Of a DNA stretch of 64,000 nucleotides, positions 62,324 to 64,000 are shown one piece after another. Each line of letters opens with the position of its first letter. Position 1 is the first letter of the stretch. The stretch comes from Octopus sinensis. Its lineage: Eukaryota. Below the pieces are notes generated by a model that had not been told where the DNA came from, ran no database searches, and worked only from the letters and a program-made list of their open reading frames with translations. Position numbers and translations under genes: made by a program. Where the stretch lies: assembly GCF_006345805.1 (NCBI RefSeq), contig NC_043006.1, positions 65,782,001 to 65,846,000 of the forward strand. The letters are read 5' to 3'.

Positions 62324-64000
62324 TACTGTTTTGTTATGGGTAGGATCAACAAAAAAAGTAGTCTGTCTAGTGAGAGAGAAATGCCATATAGTATAGATAG
62401 TATTTAAATAAGAGCTGCTAATAATTTCATGCTATGGAAACACAATAATCCAGGAGACTTGGATAACATGCCTTGTGTCTCCAAGCAATATTTCAAGCTT
62501 GGTGCACATGTGGATATGCATTTCCATAGTGTTAAACTATTATCATCATCGTTCAGCGTTGGCTTTCCATGCTGGCATGGTTTGACTGAGGCCAGGTTAG
62601 TCAGAAGGCTGCAACAGGCTCCAATCCAATCTGGCAGTGTTTCTACAGCTGAATGCCCTTCCTAATGCCAACCACTCTGAGAGTGTAGTGGATGCTTTTT
62701 ACATGCCACTGGCATGGGAGCCTGTCAGGTAGCACTGGCAATGACCATGCTCAAATGGTACTTTTTACATGCCACCAGCACTGACATCGACCATGCTTAT
62801 ATGGTACATTTTACGTGCCACTGGCATCAACCATGCTTGAATGGTGCATTTTATGTACCAATCAGGTGGTACTGTCATCGGCCATGATGACGACTTGCCT
62901 CAACAGGTCTTTGCATGCTCACTTTATTGCCCAATGATTGAAGAGTACTCTTAAATGGGCTGGTTATGCTGCACTGACATAGGCCACAGTTATGGTCTCA
63001 CTTGGCTTGCCGGGTCTTCTCAAGCACAGCATATCTCCAAAGGTCTTGGTCATTTGTCATTGCCTTGGTGCGGCCCAACGTTCAAAGGTCGTGCTTATTG
63101 TGTATACTAAGTGGTACATCTTGTGATGTATTTGCTGTTTTGTCACCAATATTTTTGTAATGGTTTGGAAAATGGTGTCCTTTCCCTCTGTCTACTTACA
63201 TACCCTCTGCCACAACAGCTGAACTATCTACTTTGTTACTCTTTTCACTTACATCCATTGTTCCTCTTTTTGTACTTACCCTCACCTATCCCCTTGCTTA
63301 AAATCATCCTTCTCTCTATCTCTCCCTGCTGCTTCTTCCTCTTGTGGCAGTGGGCTTTTTTCTTTATTATTGCAAGTTGCAGGGCAACATTGATAGTGCT
63401 GGCACTATAAAAATAACTCTCAGTACACACTGTAAAGTGGTTGGTATTAAGAAGGGTATAAACCAGTCATAGAAACCAAATCTGTGACTTGGTAGCACAA
63501 CACAATCCTCTGACTTGTCAGATACTGATGATGTATCCAACCAATGCCAGCGTGGAAATTGGATGTGAGATATCATATTTTTGTGTCACATGTCACGAAT
63601 CTCTCTTGTGCATCCATGTGTTTTGAACAAAGGGAAATGTGATGTTTAGTAAGTTTAGTGGGTTCAAATTTTGGCACAAGGTCAGCAATTTGCGGGAGGG
63701 AGTAAGTTGGTTATATTCAACTCCAGTGTGTAACTGGTACTTATTTTATCGACTCCGAAAGGATGAAAGACAAAGTTGACCTTAGCGGAATTTGAACTCG
63801 GAATGTAAAGACAGACGAAATGCTGCTAAGCATTTGGCCCAACATGATAACGATTCTGCCAACTTGCCCCACCCTCAGCGCACAATATTGAGAACTTCAG
63901 TGGATTTCATCACAGATTTCAAACCTTGTCACATGCTAGAGTTACTATGTACGAGTTTACGTATCCTGCTCTGTGATATTTGCTTTGTCATCATCATCAT

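Noticed and set aside
58000-64000. Candidate LSM12 exon 2
   Set aside because: No segment encoding the expected continuation, and no U12 branch point with AG/AC, was recognised.

Overview
AT-rich eukaryotic (animal) genomic DNA, dominated by (TA)n/(CA)n/(CATA)n/(TCTA)n microsatellites, tRNA-derived SINEs, RTE/CR1/Tx1/Dong LINE fragments and Tc1/mariner relics. The repeat repertoire looks like an octopus genome; this is inferred from recall and was not searched. Two host genes sit head-to-head near the right end: an intronless boule/DAZ-family RRM ORF (54660-55730, minus) and the first coding exon of LSM12 (57473-57590, plus), which is followed by a U12-type (minor spliceosome) donor GTATCCTTT. 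The main non-coding signal is a set of minimal type-I hammerhead ribozyme motifs from about five sequence families. One of these lies in a 361-bp tandem repeat (11115-12160) with one U3-A8 hammerhead per complete unit, a retrozyme/Penelope-like architecture, ending in a 188-bp-arm palindrome. A Tx1/L1-clade LINE sits in (TCTA)n and shares its 3' tail with a SINE elsewhere in the window. Most ORFs in the supplied track are microsatellite artefacts. All structures and alignments were done by eye, and repeat boundaries are approximate.
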